Shown: positions 1 through 9,798, counted from the first letter of the stretch. The stretch is DNA of 64,000 nt from Spirochaetia bacterium (GCA_965203905.1 CBDBDQ010000005.1:288001-352000), one strand, 5' to 3'. The notes: generated by a model not told the origin, from the sequence alone. Made by a program: numbers and translations.

Positions 1-218
1 CGTTGCACATCCTCCCTCAGTCAGGTGACGCGGAGGGAACGCTGCCCCACGCCGGATTGAACCTCGAAGTGGACAGCATCGAAGAAATGCAGGCTGACAT
101 CGAGCGCCTCGGCGGGCGGCTGATCGAGCTGCGAGAACCGGATGCCGGTGTCCCGGTGCGCGTTGGCACGTTTCGAGACTGTGAGGGCAACGGCTTCGAA
201 CTCCGCCAGCAGCCATGA
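1..218 (+). CDS. VOC/glyoxalase family protein, C-terminal part (runs off window)
   Basis: LNLEVDSIE...ERLGG...FRDCEGNGFEL matches the VOC beta-alpha-beta C-terminal pattern (F-x-D-P/C-E-G-N-x-x-E-L). Confidence 0.75.
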   Translation, partial: LHILPQSGDAEGTLPHAGLNLEVDSIEEMQADIERLGGRLIELREPDAGVPVRVGTFRDCEGNGFELRQQP

Positions 219-285
219 TGTGTCGTTGTCGCGTGCAACCGCTACGAAGAACCGGTGTATCGTGTCCGGCAAGGAGGCATCCGAC

Positions 286-1110
286 GTGAACGAGATTCAG
301 CGCTACGAGTTTGACCGGCAGGGGTTTCTGGTGATCGAGAACATGCTCACGGCGGCGCAGGTGGCGAGCCTGGCGGCCGCGGTCGACGCGCTCGAGGAGC
401 ATGCCGTGGCCCGGCTCGACGCACCGCCGCGCAAGCGCAGTCCGTGGGGCGCGGAGTACCATCGCGACCCCGACCTCGGGTACCACGTCCAGGGCGCCCG
501 GGAGGAGGGGAAAACCGTCATCATCGAGGATTTCTGGAACGCCGATCCCGCCTTCGACCTGCTGATCGCGCACGCCCCGACCATGGACTACGTCAGCGCG
601 GTGATCCAGGGACGCGCCACGATCAACAACTCGGAGATCCGCATCCGCTACCGCGGCAACCAGAGCACCAACCACGGCGGCACGCGCGCGGTCAACGGCA
701 AGTACCGCTACAACGTCAACCCGGTCGGTATCGATTGCATGATGGTGCGCATGGTCTACTTCCTGCACGACGTCAGCAACGAGCAGGGCGCGTTCTGCGT
801 CGTCCCCGGGACCCACAAGGGCAACTTCGACTGCCCCTACGACACCAACGATCCCGACCTGGAGCCCGGCGTGGTCGGACTGGAGGTCAAGGCCGGCGAT
901 GCCATCTTCTTCACCGAGGCGCTGCGCCACGGCGGACTGACCAACCGCTCGCCGCAGGTACGCAAGACCCTGCACGTGGGCTACGGCCCGCACTTCATGA
1001 TGTCGCAGAACATCGCCACCATGGACGAGCCGCCCTACCTCACCGACGCCACGCGCGCGCGCCTGACGGCGGCGCAACTCGACCTGTTTCTCGCCTACCC
1101 CGCGCCCTGA
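286..1110 (+). CDS. Phytanoyl-CoA dioxygenase (PhyH) family Fe(II)/2OG enzyme with HGG in place of HxD
   Basis: GTG at 286 preceded by AAGGAGG; YEFDRQGFLVIEN start, VVPGTHK, GDAIFFTEALRHG motifs. Confidence 0.85.
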   Translation: MNEIQRYEFDRQGFLVIENMLTAAQVASLAAAVDALEEHAVARLDAPPRKRSPWGAEYHRDPDLGYHVQGAREEGKTVIIEDFWNADPAFDLLIAHAPTMDYVSAVIQGRATINNSEIRIRYRGNQSTNHGGTRAVNGKYRYNVNPVGIDCMMVRMVYFLHDVSNEQGAFCVVPGTHKGNFDCPYDTNDPDLEPGVVGLEVKAGDAIFFTEALRHGGLTNRSPQVRKTLHVGYGPHFMMSQNIATMDEPPYLTDATRARLTAAQLDLFLAYPAP

Positions 1111-1383
1111 GCCGCCCGCTGCGACTCACGCCGGACCGTGACCGTACCGAAGCGCCAGCGAGGGATGTTCCAGCGCGCTCTACACGCGGACCCTGCCATC
1201 GCAATGCCATCTCCGCGTCGGCGATAGCCACGCCGTGTGCCGTGACGGCCCTGGGCTGCGCCGAGCTTGCTTTTCATCAATCGCAGTAGTCGTCTACCCC
1301 GGTAAGCGGTAGGATGAGAGTCACGCAGTGCCAGCCGACTTCGCGCAGCAGATAGAACATAAGCAGACAGGAGGTCAATCAGG

Positions 1384-1848
1384 ATGTCCAAACGGCTCGA
1401 GAAGATACTCAAAAAAAAACTGAAACAACAAGAAGAATCCATGATCGATCATCAGCAAGTCCGGGAGGCATGGATTTCCAGTTGTGCGAATCTCATGGCA
1501 ACTATCACTGACTGGTTGATACCGCTTCAAAATCAACGCCTCTTGGAGATCCAATCCGAGACGATTCCAATCTCCGAAGACCAGCTCGGAACGTATGAGG
1601 TAGATGCACTTCGGATTGTTTTTCTTCAACGTGACATCATAAAGATCAGGCCTGTTGCACGATTCATTATCGGTGCCAGTGGCCGTGTTGACGTTGTCGC
1701 GGGAGGGACATATCTCGTAATGTTGTTGACGAAGGAATCCGGCAAATGGGTCTTTGCCAGGAGAAATATACAGCTCAGACAGTTTGAGACATGGCCCTTT
1801 AACAAAGACACATTCGATGAGTTTCTTTCTCAATTTCTTGAAGAATGA
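1384..1848 (+). CDS. Hypothetical protein, first gene of a low-GC two-gene cassette
   Basis: GGAGG RBS upstream; 154-aa ORF in an AT-rich patch; its stop overlaps the next start (ATGA). Confidence 0.7.
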   Translation: MSKRLEKILKKKLKQQEESMIDHQQVREAWISSCANLMATITDWLIPLQNQRLLEIQSETIPISEDQLGTYEVDALRIVFLQRDIIKIRPVARFIIGASGRVDVVAGGTYLVMLLTKESGKWVFARRNIQLRQFETWPFNKDTFDEFLSQFLEE

Positions 1849-2390
1849 GCGACTCGGTCAGTTCGCGATTCACTGAGGATACCCTGCTAGATGACTATTA
1901 CATCGTCTCCGAGAGTATCAAGACGCTAAGTGGTTTCCGTGTCATGTATCTAACACCCAACGAACTGCGTGATCTTCGCGAAGCATTGCTTGACGAGGTC
2001 AAGAAAGACTACTCATTCAAACTCATCACACTATTGGAGGCGCGCATACGAGAGGACTTCCTCGTCTCTTTGAGAAGAAGAAAACGTGACCCTGTGAGTA
2101 GATCGTACCGTGCTCTGTGTGCTCAGTTTCGACGAGATACTCGTCAGGTTGGCCAGCAAGACCTACAAGCATGTAAACGCATATCACTGAAACCTATCTT
2201 GGACAACCTAAGAGCTTGCTTTTCTGCGACAAACAACGAGTTTGGAAGAGTGTGTTCGCTAACCAAGGGGTACTTCACTTTTCGACACTGGTATGCCCAT
2301 GGCAGGACGCGGGCTATGCCAGTTGTTCCCGATCCCGATGATGTTTATATCGTATACAGTCAATTCAAGGACAACGTGTTCGACAGATAA
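1845..2390 (+). CDS. Putative HEPN-like ribonuclease
   Basis: Helix-type sequence with LLEARIR and a C-terminal RHWYAH (R-x4-H) motif; translationally coupled to the upstream gene. Confidence 0.55.
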   Translation: MSDSVSSRFTEDTLLDDYYIVSESIKTLSGFRVMYLTPNELRDLREALLDEVKKDYSFKLITLLEARIREDFLVSLRRRKRDPVSRSYRALCAQFRRDTRQVGQQDLQACKRISLKPILDNLRACFSATNNEFGRVCSLTKGYFTFRHWYAHGRTRAMPVVPDPDDVYIVYSQFKDNVFDR

Positions 2391-2449
2391 GAAATCTCTA
2401 CGTGGTCAGTGTAGCTTTTCCACGGATGCATGCTTCAGCCGGGCGCCGC

Positions 2450-3556
2450 TCAGCGCGCCAGCCAGGCGCTGAAGCGTTCGTTCATGTCGTCACCGTGGTC
2501 GCTCCACCAGCGCCAGTCGTGGTGCAGCGCACGGGTCAGGTTGGCCGGCGTGGTCGGCATGTGCGGTGCCATCTCCACCCCCGTCTCCACGTGCGTGCCG
2601 ACCAGCGGCGTGCCGGAGCGGCGCACGGGACCGTAGGAGATGTACTTGCTCACCGCCGCCATCGACTCGGGCCGACCGGCGAAGGCGATGAACCTGCGCG
2701 CCGCCTCCAGGTTGGGCGCACCGGCGACGATGACGAGCTGGCTGTTATCCAGGATCTGGCCGTCCCATACGATCTCGAACGGCTGGTTCTCCAGCACCTG
2801 GGCGTTGAAGATGCGGCCGTTGTAGGCGGTGCTCATCACCACCTCGTCGTCGGCCAGCATCTGCGGCGGCTGCGCACCCGCTTCCCACCACACGATGTGG
2901 TCCTTGATCGTATCGAGCTTGCGGAACGCGCGATCGACGCCCTCCGCCGTCTCGAGCGTGGCGTATACCTGGTCCAGCGGCACGCCGTCGGCGAGCAGCG
3001 CGATCTCCAGGTTGTCGCCGGGCACGCGCCGCATGCCGCGCCGGCCCGGAAACCGCTCCAGGTCGAAGAAGTCCTCGATGGTGGCCGGCCTGGCGCTCGG
3101 GAAGTGCTGCGGATGATAGGCGTAGATGGAGGAGAAGAAGATCGTGCCCATCCCGCAGTCGGTGAGGGTGCCGGGTACGAAGTCCTCATCCACGGGGCTG
3201 CCGTCCGCGCCCGGCGGAAGGTCGCCGGGTTCGATGAACTCCAGCAACCCCTCGTCGCAGCCGAGCACCGCGTCGGCCACGTTCAGGTCGACCACGTCCC
3301 AGTGCACGTTGCCGGTCTCCACCTGGGCCCGGATCTGGGCCAGACCGCCGTTGTAGTCCTCCAGCCGCACCTCGATCCCGGTGGCCTCGGTGAACGGCTC
3401 GTGATACGCCTGCTGGCAGGCCCGCGCATAGGAGCCGCCAAAGGAGACCACGGTCAGCGCCTGGTCGGCTGCAACCGGCACGCTCAGGGTCAGTACCGCC
3501 AGCAGTGCCGCGACACAGCCGGGCAATCGGAAGATACGCCGTTGGATCGTTCTCAT
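2450..3556 (-). CDS. ABC transporter substrate-binding protein (PotD/YdcS-like), orphan
   Basis: Signal peptide, LTVVSFGGSY, WDVVD and AYNGRI motifs; no permease genes adjacent. Confidence 0.85.
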   Translation of the reverse strand: MRTIQRRIFRLPGCVAALLAVLTLSVPVAADQALTVVSFGGSYARACQQAYHEPFTEATGIEVRLEDYNGGLAQIRAQVETGNVHWDVVDLNVADAVLGCDEGLLEFIEPGDLPPGADGSPVDEDFVPGTLTDCGMGTIFFSSIYAYHPQHFPSARPATIEDFFDLERFPGRRGMRRVPGDNLEIALLADGVPLDQVYATLETAEGVDRAFRKLDTIKDHIVWWEAGAQPPQMLADDEVVMSTAYNGRIFNAQVLENQPFEIVWDGQILDNSQLVIVAGAPNLEAARRFIAFAGRPESMAAVSKYISYGPVRRSGTPLVGTHVETGVEMAPHMPTTPANLTRALHHDWRWWSDHGDDMNERFSAWLAR

Positions 3557-3761
3557 GCGTCCCAATGATGAAGCTGCTACGCTCTCGTATCAAGCGCTCG
3601 GCGCCACGCCGCCGCCTGCATCAGAGGTCGGCACAACTTCACGTCGCGCGGCGGACGACAGCACGCCCGGACGGAGCGCCGGCAGGAGGTCTCTCCCGGG
3701 TGCGGCGCTCGGCGAGCGTGCGCCTCCGCGCTCGAATGCCGTTCGCGCCCGTGAGCTTCCA

Positions 3762-5189
3762 TCACTCCTGGATGTAGGCGTCGGTCTCGGCTGTGGAACG
3801 CAGGGTCGGATGGTCCGACCCAGCGACTGCCTGGGCCATCCGGACACTCGCGGACAACCTCAAATCGACGTCTACGGCCTCGTCGAACGCGATACGGGCC
3901 AAGTCCGTCAGCCGCCCGACCCAGGCATCGACCTTGTTCAATGCGGAGCGGAGTGCGTCATTGTCGGCGAACGGCTCACTCGTCGCTGTCTCGCAGGCCT
4001 CGATCCGCTGCACCAGCTCCGGTGCAGTATCCCCAAGGACGCCACCGAGCGCCGCGGCGACTATCTTCCCGGCAGTGCTGCCGAGAAAGGCACCGAGCAG
4101 CGGAAGGGGAATGATGATCTGCCCGGCCGCCGCTCCCAGGGCCACGAGCGCCGCGTCGGACGCAACCGTGAGCGAAAGATCCACGAACTGTGTGGCGTCG
4201 ATCTTCTCGGTTCGGTATTGGCCGACCAAGTTGCCGATGCCGATCAGACCGCTTACGAGTGCCCCCGCGAACGGTGCAGCAAGATCGGTCGCGTTGGTAA
4301 GCAGGTAGAGGGCGCTGCCTGCCACCGCACCGGCAGCGGCGCCTCGGGCGGTGTGCAGCCCCACGTCCTTCCAGTCCTCTGCCGAGAACCCGCCCCGAAA
4401 CGGGTTCCTGCCCGCTCGGATCTTGTCCCAGACCGCCTGTGCGAGGCGCACGCCGGCGCCAGCTGCAACACCGCTGCCCACGCCGGCCACCGCTCCGTCC
4501 AATGCCGGACCATATGCGCCGCGCGCGATGTCCTGCAGCGCTTCGTGCTCCTCGGCGAGCACGTTCTCCGCGTCCTGGATGGTATCGTGGACGCGACCCT
4601 GCTGAACCTCGTCGTAGTTCGCTTCCCCCGGAGCCACGAGTTGGTCCAGCGGTCGACCGGTCTTCTGCTCCAGCGACTCGACTTGGCGCTGAACGCTCGC
4701 AACGGTGTGGTCCGACAAGCCGTCTATCGTCCCGGCTTGCCTGAGTTGCGCGAGTTGCTCGAACTGGTCCTGCGGAATGTGGTAGCGCCCGCCCTCCGTC
4801 GCGAAGTCTGCGTTTCGGTCAGCGTGCGACGCGACTCCGTCGAGGGTGTCAGGCAGGCTCTTGTAGTACTTCGACTGGACGTCGCCGCCATCGACGTAGT
4901 CCACGACAGCGAGCCGACCAACGCCCTCGAACGTGGCGGTAGGCGTCCGCTGATGCAGCACGTCGAATGCTCGACGGACCCCGACGTGGACCTGTTCCGC
5001 GATCTCGCCGTGTTTGGTGCTTGCGTTGCCCAGTATGTGCTCGGGCGCGTTGACGAAGTTCTCCACAACCTGCATCTCGCGCAGTGCGTCCCGGAACGCC
5101 TGGTCCTGCCGCCACAGGTCGGCGGCAAGGGCGTCGGCACGCCCAGCCGCGTCGACCGCCGTCATCGCAGCCGCCGTCTGGGCCGCCAC
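3762..5189 (-). CDS. Hypothetical protein: N-terminal E...D...QxK nuclease-like region plus C-terminal Gly/Ala-rich hydrophobic helices; 5' end possibly truncated
   Basis: KHGEIAEQ...VVDY...DVQSKY followed by GxxxG-rich helices (GAVAGVGSGVAAGAG, GAAAGQIIIPLPLLGAFLG); no RBS or promoter space before the divergent ImmA fragment. Confidence 0.6.
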   Translation of the reverse strand: MAAQTAAAMTAVDAAGRADALAADLWRQDQAFRDALREMQVVENFVNAPEHILGNASTKHGEIAEQVHVGVRRAFDVLHQRTPTATFEGVGRLAVVDYVDGGDVQSKYYKSLPDTLDGVASHADRNADFATEGGRYHIPQDQFEQLAQLRQAGTIDGLSDHTVASVQRQVESLEQKTGRPLDQLVAPGEANYDEVQQGRVHDTIQDAENVLAEEHEALQDIARGAYGPALDGAVAGVGSGVAAGAGVRLAQAVWDKIRAGRNPFRGGFSAEDWKDVGLHTARGAAAGAVAGSALYLLTNATDLAAPFAGALVSGLIGIGNLVGQYRTEKIDATQFVDLSLTVASDAALVALGAAAGQIIIPLPLLGAFLGSTAGKIVAAALGGVLGDTAPELVQRIEACETATSEPFADNDALRSALNKVDAWVGRLTDLARIAFDEAVDVDLRLSASVRMAQAVAGSDHPTLRSTAETDAYIQE

Positions 5190-5209
5190 GTGCGGACCGG
5201 TACGGTTGG

Positions 5210-6127
5210 GCGAGCGCACGCTTCCGCGCGCGAAAGCGGGTTCACGCCCGTGAGCAGATCCTGGCCGAGGTTGCGGCGTGGCTCGACGCCTACGGCGCGC
5301 TGGAGACACTTCTTGATGCTGCCGAGCCATTCACGGTCGAGGGGCTGTCCGCGCCCGGCCGCGACCCCGCCGCTGTTGCACGGGTTGCGCGCGAGCGGTT
5401 TGGTCTCGAACCGCACCAGCCGGTACAGGATATCTGCGGCCTGCTGGAGCAGCACGGCGTCAAGGTTCTGCTGCTGGACACCCGGCGGGACTCGTTCTTC
5501 GGGTTGAGCGTCGGGCCCGAAGACGGCGGGCCAGCAGTGGTGGTGAACACCTGGGACCGGATATCCGTCGAGCGCTGGATCTTCACTGCCGTACACGAGT
5601 TGGGTCACCTGTTGCTGCATCCTGCCGAGTTCGACAGCAACGCCACGCACCTGCCGACAGACACGGAACGTGAAGCGGACGCTTTTGCGAGTGAGTTCCT
5701 GATGCCGGATGCGACATTCGAGGCCGCCTGGGTCCAGACGGACGGGCATCCCCTGGTGCTGCGGGTCTTGAAGGTCAAGCGGATTTTCCGCGTGAGTTAC
5801 AAGACCGTGCTTTATCGGCTGGTGGCGTCCCGGCGGGCGACCAGCGAGGTGTGGAGCGCGTTCCAGCACCAGCATCGTCTCTACTTCGGGAGCACATTGC
5901 GGAAGGCCGATGAACCGGTCGCGTTGCAACAAAGCGAGTTCGCCTGGCACTGGGGCCGCTCCGGGGAGCCGGAGCGGCTGTCGCGCCATGACTTCGTTGA
6001 GGACCGCCTGTCTCGCCTCGTGCGCAAAGCTCTGCAGGAGGAGCACATCTCCCTTGGCCGCAGCGCGGAGATCCTCGGTCTGAGCCGGGAGCAGATGCGA
6101 CAGCGCGTTCGTGAGTGGGTCAACTGA
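5210..6127 (+). pseudogene. ImmA/IrrE family metallo-endopeptidase (XRE-ImmA type) lacking its N-terminal HTH and start codon
   Basis: FTAVHELGH (HExxH), EREADAFASEFLMP, ISLGRSAEILG; recognisable sequence begins abruptly at RFRARKR. Confidence 0.75.
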
Positions 6128-6191
6128 AACGATCCGCTCCCACTGTTCTCCTATCCGGGACGTACGAGCGATCCTGGTTCGATTGACCTGT

Positions 6192-8099
6192 TCAATTCAA
6201 CCCCATCTCGGCCAGAAATCGTGATCGTCTTTTTTTCCATCCGAAGTAACGTTCCGAATACGTCATGGTAAGCGTCGACTGTGCCCTGGTGATGGCTACG
6301 AAGCAACCGCGGCGTTCCTCTTCGAGTTCCCTGCTACCGGATCCACTTCGTGTCGAGTGATACGACGGCAACTGATCCTCGGCGAGACCCACCAAGTAGA
6401 CGTGGGGAAACTCCCGTCCTTTGGCCAAGTGAATCGTCAGGCACGGTATCGCATCGCGCTCAGGCGGTATCACTTTGGGCCGCAGATCCATCTCTTGCAG
6501 GAACGTGCTGAGTGTTGGGGTGCCGTTTACTTGTCGACACACCTCCCGTTTCAGATTGTTCCAAATTTTGATCTCTTCCTCGCCATCATCCAGATCTTCG
6601 TCGGTTCCTTCGGACTCGCTCTGCCGCTCAAGTTTATGGTACCAATCGAAGACCGTGTCGACGAATTCCTGGTAGTGGATCCGTTCTACAAGCTGGTTAC
6701 GCAACGCTTCCAGCAATGGCGCCGAATCCGAGGCGGTGGAGTCCGTTTCGGCGACCTCAAGAAAACCCTTCAGTAGCGATCCTCCGTGCGCTTCACTCTC
6801 CGCGTCCGCATCTTCTACCCTTACGTCGATCGCAGTCAAATAGAAGAAGGCTTTACAGAGTATCCCGATCTGATCACGATCCCGCGGAGCTATTGCAAGT
6901 CGCAGCGCTGCCTGAACGAAGCGCAGGGGCGGTGATCTGAGGTCGTGTCTGCGTTTGATCAGGTAGGTGACAATACCGGCATGTCGCAAAGCATCGGACG
7001 CAGTCTCCAGAAGTTTGGCATTACGAGCCAATACTACACAATCATCCGGACGGAGCGAGCGACGCCGAATGTCCCTAGCGATCCACTCCATTTCGGCAGA
7101 ATGATCCGAAAAACGCATGACTCGAATGGAGTGGTTATCAAGCGTCGGAACCATGGATCGCAGGGGTTCCTTGCTCGACGATCGTTCAAGGTTGAACCGG
7201 ATGAGATTGTTCGCCAGTTCAATCACCGCAGCGGGACACCGGTAACTATCGGGGAGTTGGATGACCCGCATCGCATAGTCGCGGCGGAGTTTTTCGAGCC
7301 GTGCGGGACTGGCGCCGTTCCACTGGTAGATGATCTGGTCGTCATCCGCGACAACGAAGAGATTGGGCTTGTCCGGCGGACAGAGAAATCGCAGAATCAA
7401 GTCCTGACACTTGTTCGTATCCTGGTACTCGTCGACACAAACGTACGGATAGACTATGTGGTAATGTCGCGCCACTCTCGGTCGTTCGCGAAACAGGCGC
7501 AAGCAGCAGATCAGAAGGGCGCCGTAGTCCAAATAGTTGTAACGGATCAGCGTGTCCAAGTAAGCTCCGTAGACGTCACCAATCCAGCGTCTTGGAGAAC
7601 CGGAAAACGGTATCGGTGTGTCAGCACCTCCGTCGTGACCCTCGCGGTACAGATGATCGATCATCCGCACCATGCCGTCGGACCGTACGTTCGGTATGTC
7701 AGGGCAGCGGCTCTCGCGGATCACCTCGTCAAGCACTCGCAGTCGGTCAGCGTCTTGGGCGAGTATCTCGAAGTCTGGACGCAGGCCCAGGTGGCTCCCA
7801 TGTTGGCGCAGTACTTCGGCGCAGAACGAGTGAAACGTCGTCAGCCGTGCCCTGCGCGTCTCCGGACCAAGGAGAGACTCCACACGGTTGCGCATCTCGT
7901 CGGCGGCTTTCGTCGTGAAGGTGAGGGCGAGTACGCGGAACCGCGCGTCGATACTCTCTCGAATCAGACGTGCCACCCGCATGGTTAGGACGAATGTCTT
8001 ACCGGAACCTGGACCGGCCAGGACCAGAAGCGGGCCGGCGTTCCACTGCACCGCCTGTCGTTGGTTTGCGTTTAGCTTGCCCAATTCGTGTATCATCAT
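6192..8099 (-). CDS. UvrD/PcrA-like SF1A helicase (GajB-like)
   Basis: LAGPGSGKT Walker A, VDEYQDT, DDDQIIYQW, TIHLAKGREF, EERRGCFVAITRA. Confidence 0.9.
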   Translation of the reverse strand: MMIHELGKLNANQRQAVQWNAGPLLVLAGPGSGKTFVLTMRVARLIRESIDARFRVLALTFTTKAADEMRNRVESLLGPETRRARLTTFHSFCAEVLRQHGSHLGLRPDFEILAQDADRLRVLDEVIRESRCPDIPNVRSDGMVRMIDHLYREGHDGGADTPIPFSGSPRRWIGDVYGAYLDTLIRYNYLDYGALLICCLRLFRERPRVARHYHIVYPYVCVDEYQDTNKCQDLILRFLCPPDKPNLFVVADDDQIIYQWNGASPARLEKLRRDYAMRVIQLPDSYRCPAAVIELANNLIRFNLERSSSKEPLRSMVPTLDNHSIRVMRFSDHSAEMEWIARDIRRRSLRPDDCVVLARNAKLLETASDALRHAGIVTYLIKRRHDLRSPPLRFVQAALRLAIAPRDRDQIGILCKAFFYLTAIDVRVEDADAESEAHGGSLLKGFLEVAETDSTASDSAPLLEALRNQLVERIHYQEFVDTVFDWYHKLERQSESEGTDEDLDDGEEEIKIWNNLKREVCRQVNGTPTLSTFLQEMDLRPKVIPPERDAIPCLTIHLAKGREFPHVYLVGLAEDQLPSYHSTRSGSGSRELEEERRGCFVAITRAQSTLTMTYSERYFGWKKRRSRFLAEMGLN

Positions 8100-8100
8100 G

Positions 8101-9798
8101 TCACTCGTTGGCTAACTCAACAGCCTTCTCAAGAATACCCTGCAACACCTGTGGGACCGGAACTTCGGCGGCGTTCATCTTCAACGCCGCCTCGACCGCC
8201 ACCGATGGCTTGCTATAGCCCCTTGGCAGCGCCGCCAGCACTTGTTTCCAATAGGCCGCTGTGCCGTGGTCAGCCACAGGTTGTCTCTTCTGTGACGACA
8301 TCCGGGACTCGTACAGCTCGCCGAAACCATTCTCGCACAGAAACTGTTCCACGTTCTCGTACGGAATAGTCAACCGGTCAGCCTCTGCCGAACCGCCGAA
8401 CTGCGCCCGCACGGTGTTCTCGTACTTCCTCCGCCCACTGTCGCCATCGACGACGCAGTACCACGAAATGCCCAGTTGGTTGGCGATCTTCGCCAGCATC
8501 CCTACGGCGGTCTGGCCGAACTCCACGCACCGCACTCCGGTGCGCTCCAAATCCAGATCAAGTGCGTTGGCAGCTCCCGAAAACAACGCAGTCTCGGTCT
8601 CGCCCTCGACCAGCAGCCAGCATCTTGCAAACAGCAACTCTCCACGGCTCCGCCGGACGTGGAAGTCGAACTTCCTCATCTCCTCGGGGTCGAACGTATC
8701 GCGCCGGATACGGTGAATGTCGATGCCCGCCTGCCGACGGACGAAACGGCGCACTGAGAGCGGGTCGACACCTGCCAGAAGATCCCCGCTGTGGCTCGAC
8801 ACCAGCTTCTGTCCTGGCAACCCTTGAACGATCTGCATCAGAGCCCGAATCGCGGATGGATGGAGATGCGCTTCCGGCTCTTCCAAACAGGTAATCGGCT
8901 CGGCACTTGGATCGAGCTCGGACAATCGGCTCCGCAGAAACGTACCGAACAGCAACAGCACTGCCAAGCTCTGCGTGCCCTCACCTTGGCGGTCTACCGG
9001 GATCTTGGCACCGGCAGGCGACGTGAGACTGACCTGCGTCCGGGACAGCAGCGAGAACAGCTTGGTCGGCAGCGCGTCGATCCCAACCGCGTCGCCGCCC
9101 CCGAAGTCGATCACTCGCTTGGCGTCCTCCAGCCCCGTGCGGACTTCACTCAACGGACGATGTGCGGCAATGAGCTGGTCGTTCAATTCCGCAAACTCGT
9201 GCTCCAGACGTTCTCGATCAGCTTTCGGGAGGCTGGACTCGGACAAGAAGTTGCGCCAGAATGGTCCTCGCGAGCCGAAGTGGGCCGCTGCGTCACGCAG
9301 CGCCGACAGGTAGAATACGGGGGCCAGCCGCTGCAACGTGTTGAGTTGGGCAGCACTCGTTGCCGGTCCAGTCAGCGGACTCCCTTGAGCATTCAGAAAC
9401 GCCCACTCACTGATGAAGTCGTTGGTGTCGCGATCGAAACCCGATCGCACACGAAACTGGACGCGATAGCGGTCATCATCTCCCAATACCGCGACGTTGC
9501 CTAGCTCCTGGATGACATCGTCATGCCACGACTCCGTCTCAGGTTCTACGAAGAACAGCTCTATGACGATGGCATCGGAATCCGCTGGAGTCGCCGCATC
9601 GTCCCTGAGATGATAGTCATACTCGTGGAACACGCGCCCGCTACGCGCGCGAAGCTGGCTGAGACAGATGCGAATCGCATCGAGGAACGCGGTCTTTCCG
9701 GTGTTGTTCTCGCCGATGAGGATGGTCGTGTCGTCGAGGTCAACGCTGATCTCTCTAATGCAACGAAAGTTGCGAACTCTCACTTTGCTCAACTGCAC
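8101..9798 (-). CDS. OLD-family ATP-dependent endonuclease (ABC ATPase + TOPRIM; GajA-like)
   Basis: GENNTGKT, QGEGTQ, LEEPEAHLHP, SSHS H-loop, TOPRIM LLVEGETE and DGD; GGAGGG RBS; 1 nt gap to the helicase. Confidence 0.9.
   Translation of the reverse strand: MQLSKVRVRNFRCIREISVDLDDTTILIGENNTGKTAFLDAIRICLSQLRARSGRVFHEYDYHLRDDAATPADSDAIVIELFFVEPETESWHDDVIQELGNVAVLGDDDRYRVQFRVRSGFDRDTNDFISEWAFLNAQGSPLTGPATSAAQLNTLQRLAPVFYLSALRDAAAHFGSRGPFWRNFLSESSLPKADRERLEHEFAELNDQLIAAHRPLSEVRTGLEDAKRVIDFGGGDAVGIDALPTKLFSLLSRTQVSLTSPAGAKIPVDRQGEGTQSLAVLLLFGTFLRSRLSELDPSAEPITCLEEPEAHLHPSAIRALMQIVQGLPGQKLVSSHSGDLLAGVDPLSVRRFVRRQAGIDIHRIRRDTFDPEEMRKFDFHVRRSRGELLFARCWLLVEGETETALFSGAANALDLDLERTGVRCVEFGQTAVGMLAKIANQLGISWYCVVDGDSGRRKYENTVRAQFGGSAEADRLTIPYENVEQFLCENGFGELYESRMSSQKRQPVADHGTAAYWKQVLAALPRGYSKPSVAVEAALKMNAAEVPVPQVLQGILEKAVELANE

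Noticed and set aside
1411-1419. A9 run in gene 1384-1848 as a phase-variation switch
   Set aside because: In frame and explained by the Lys-rich N-terminus; no evidence of slippage from one sequence.
3555-5507. 650-aa plus-strand ORF (likewise 29057-31294, 27317-29044, 20187-21935 and similar)
   Set aside because: Antisense or off-frame shadows of well-supported genes.
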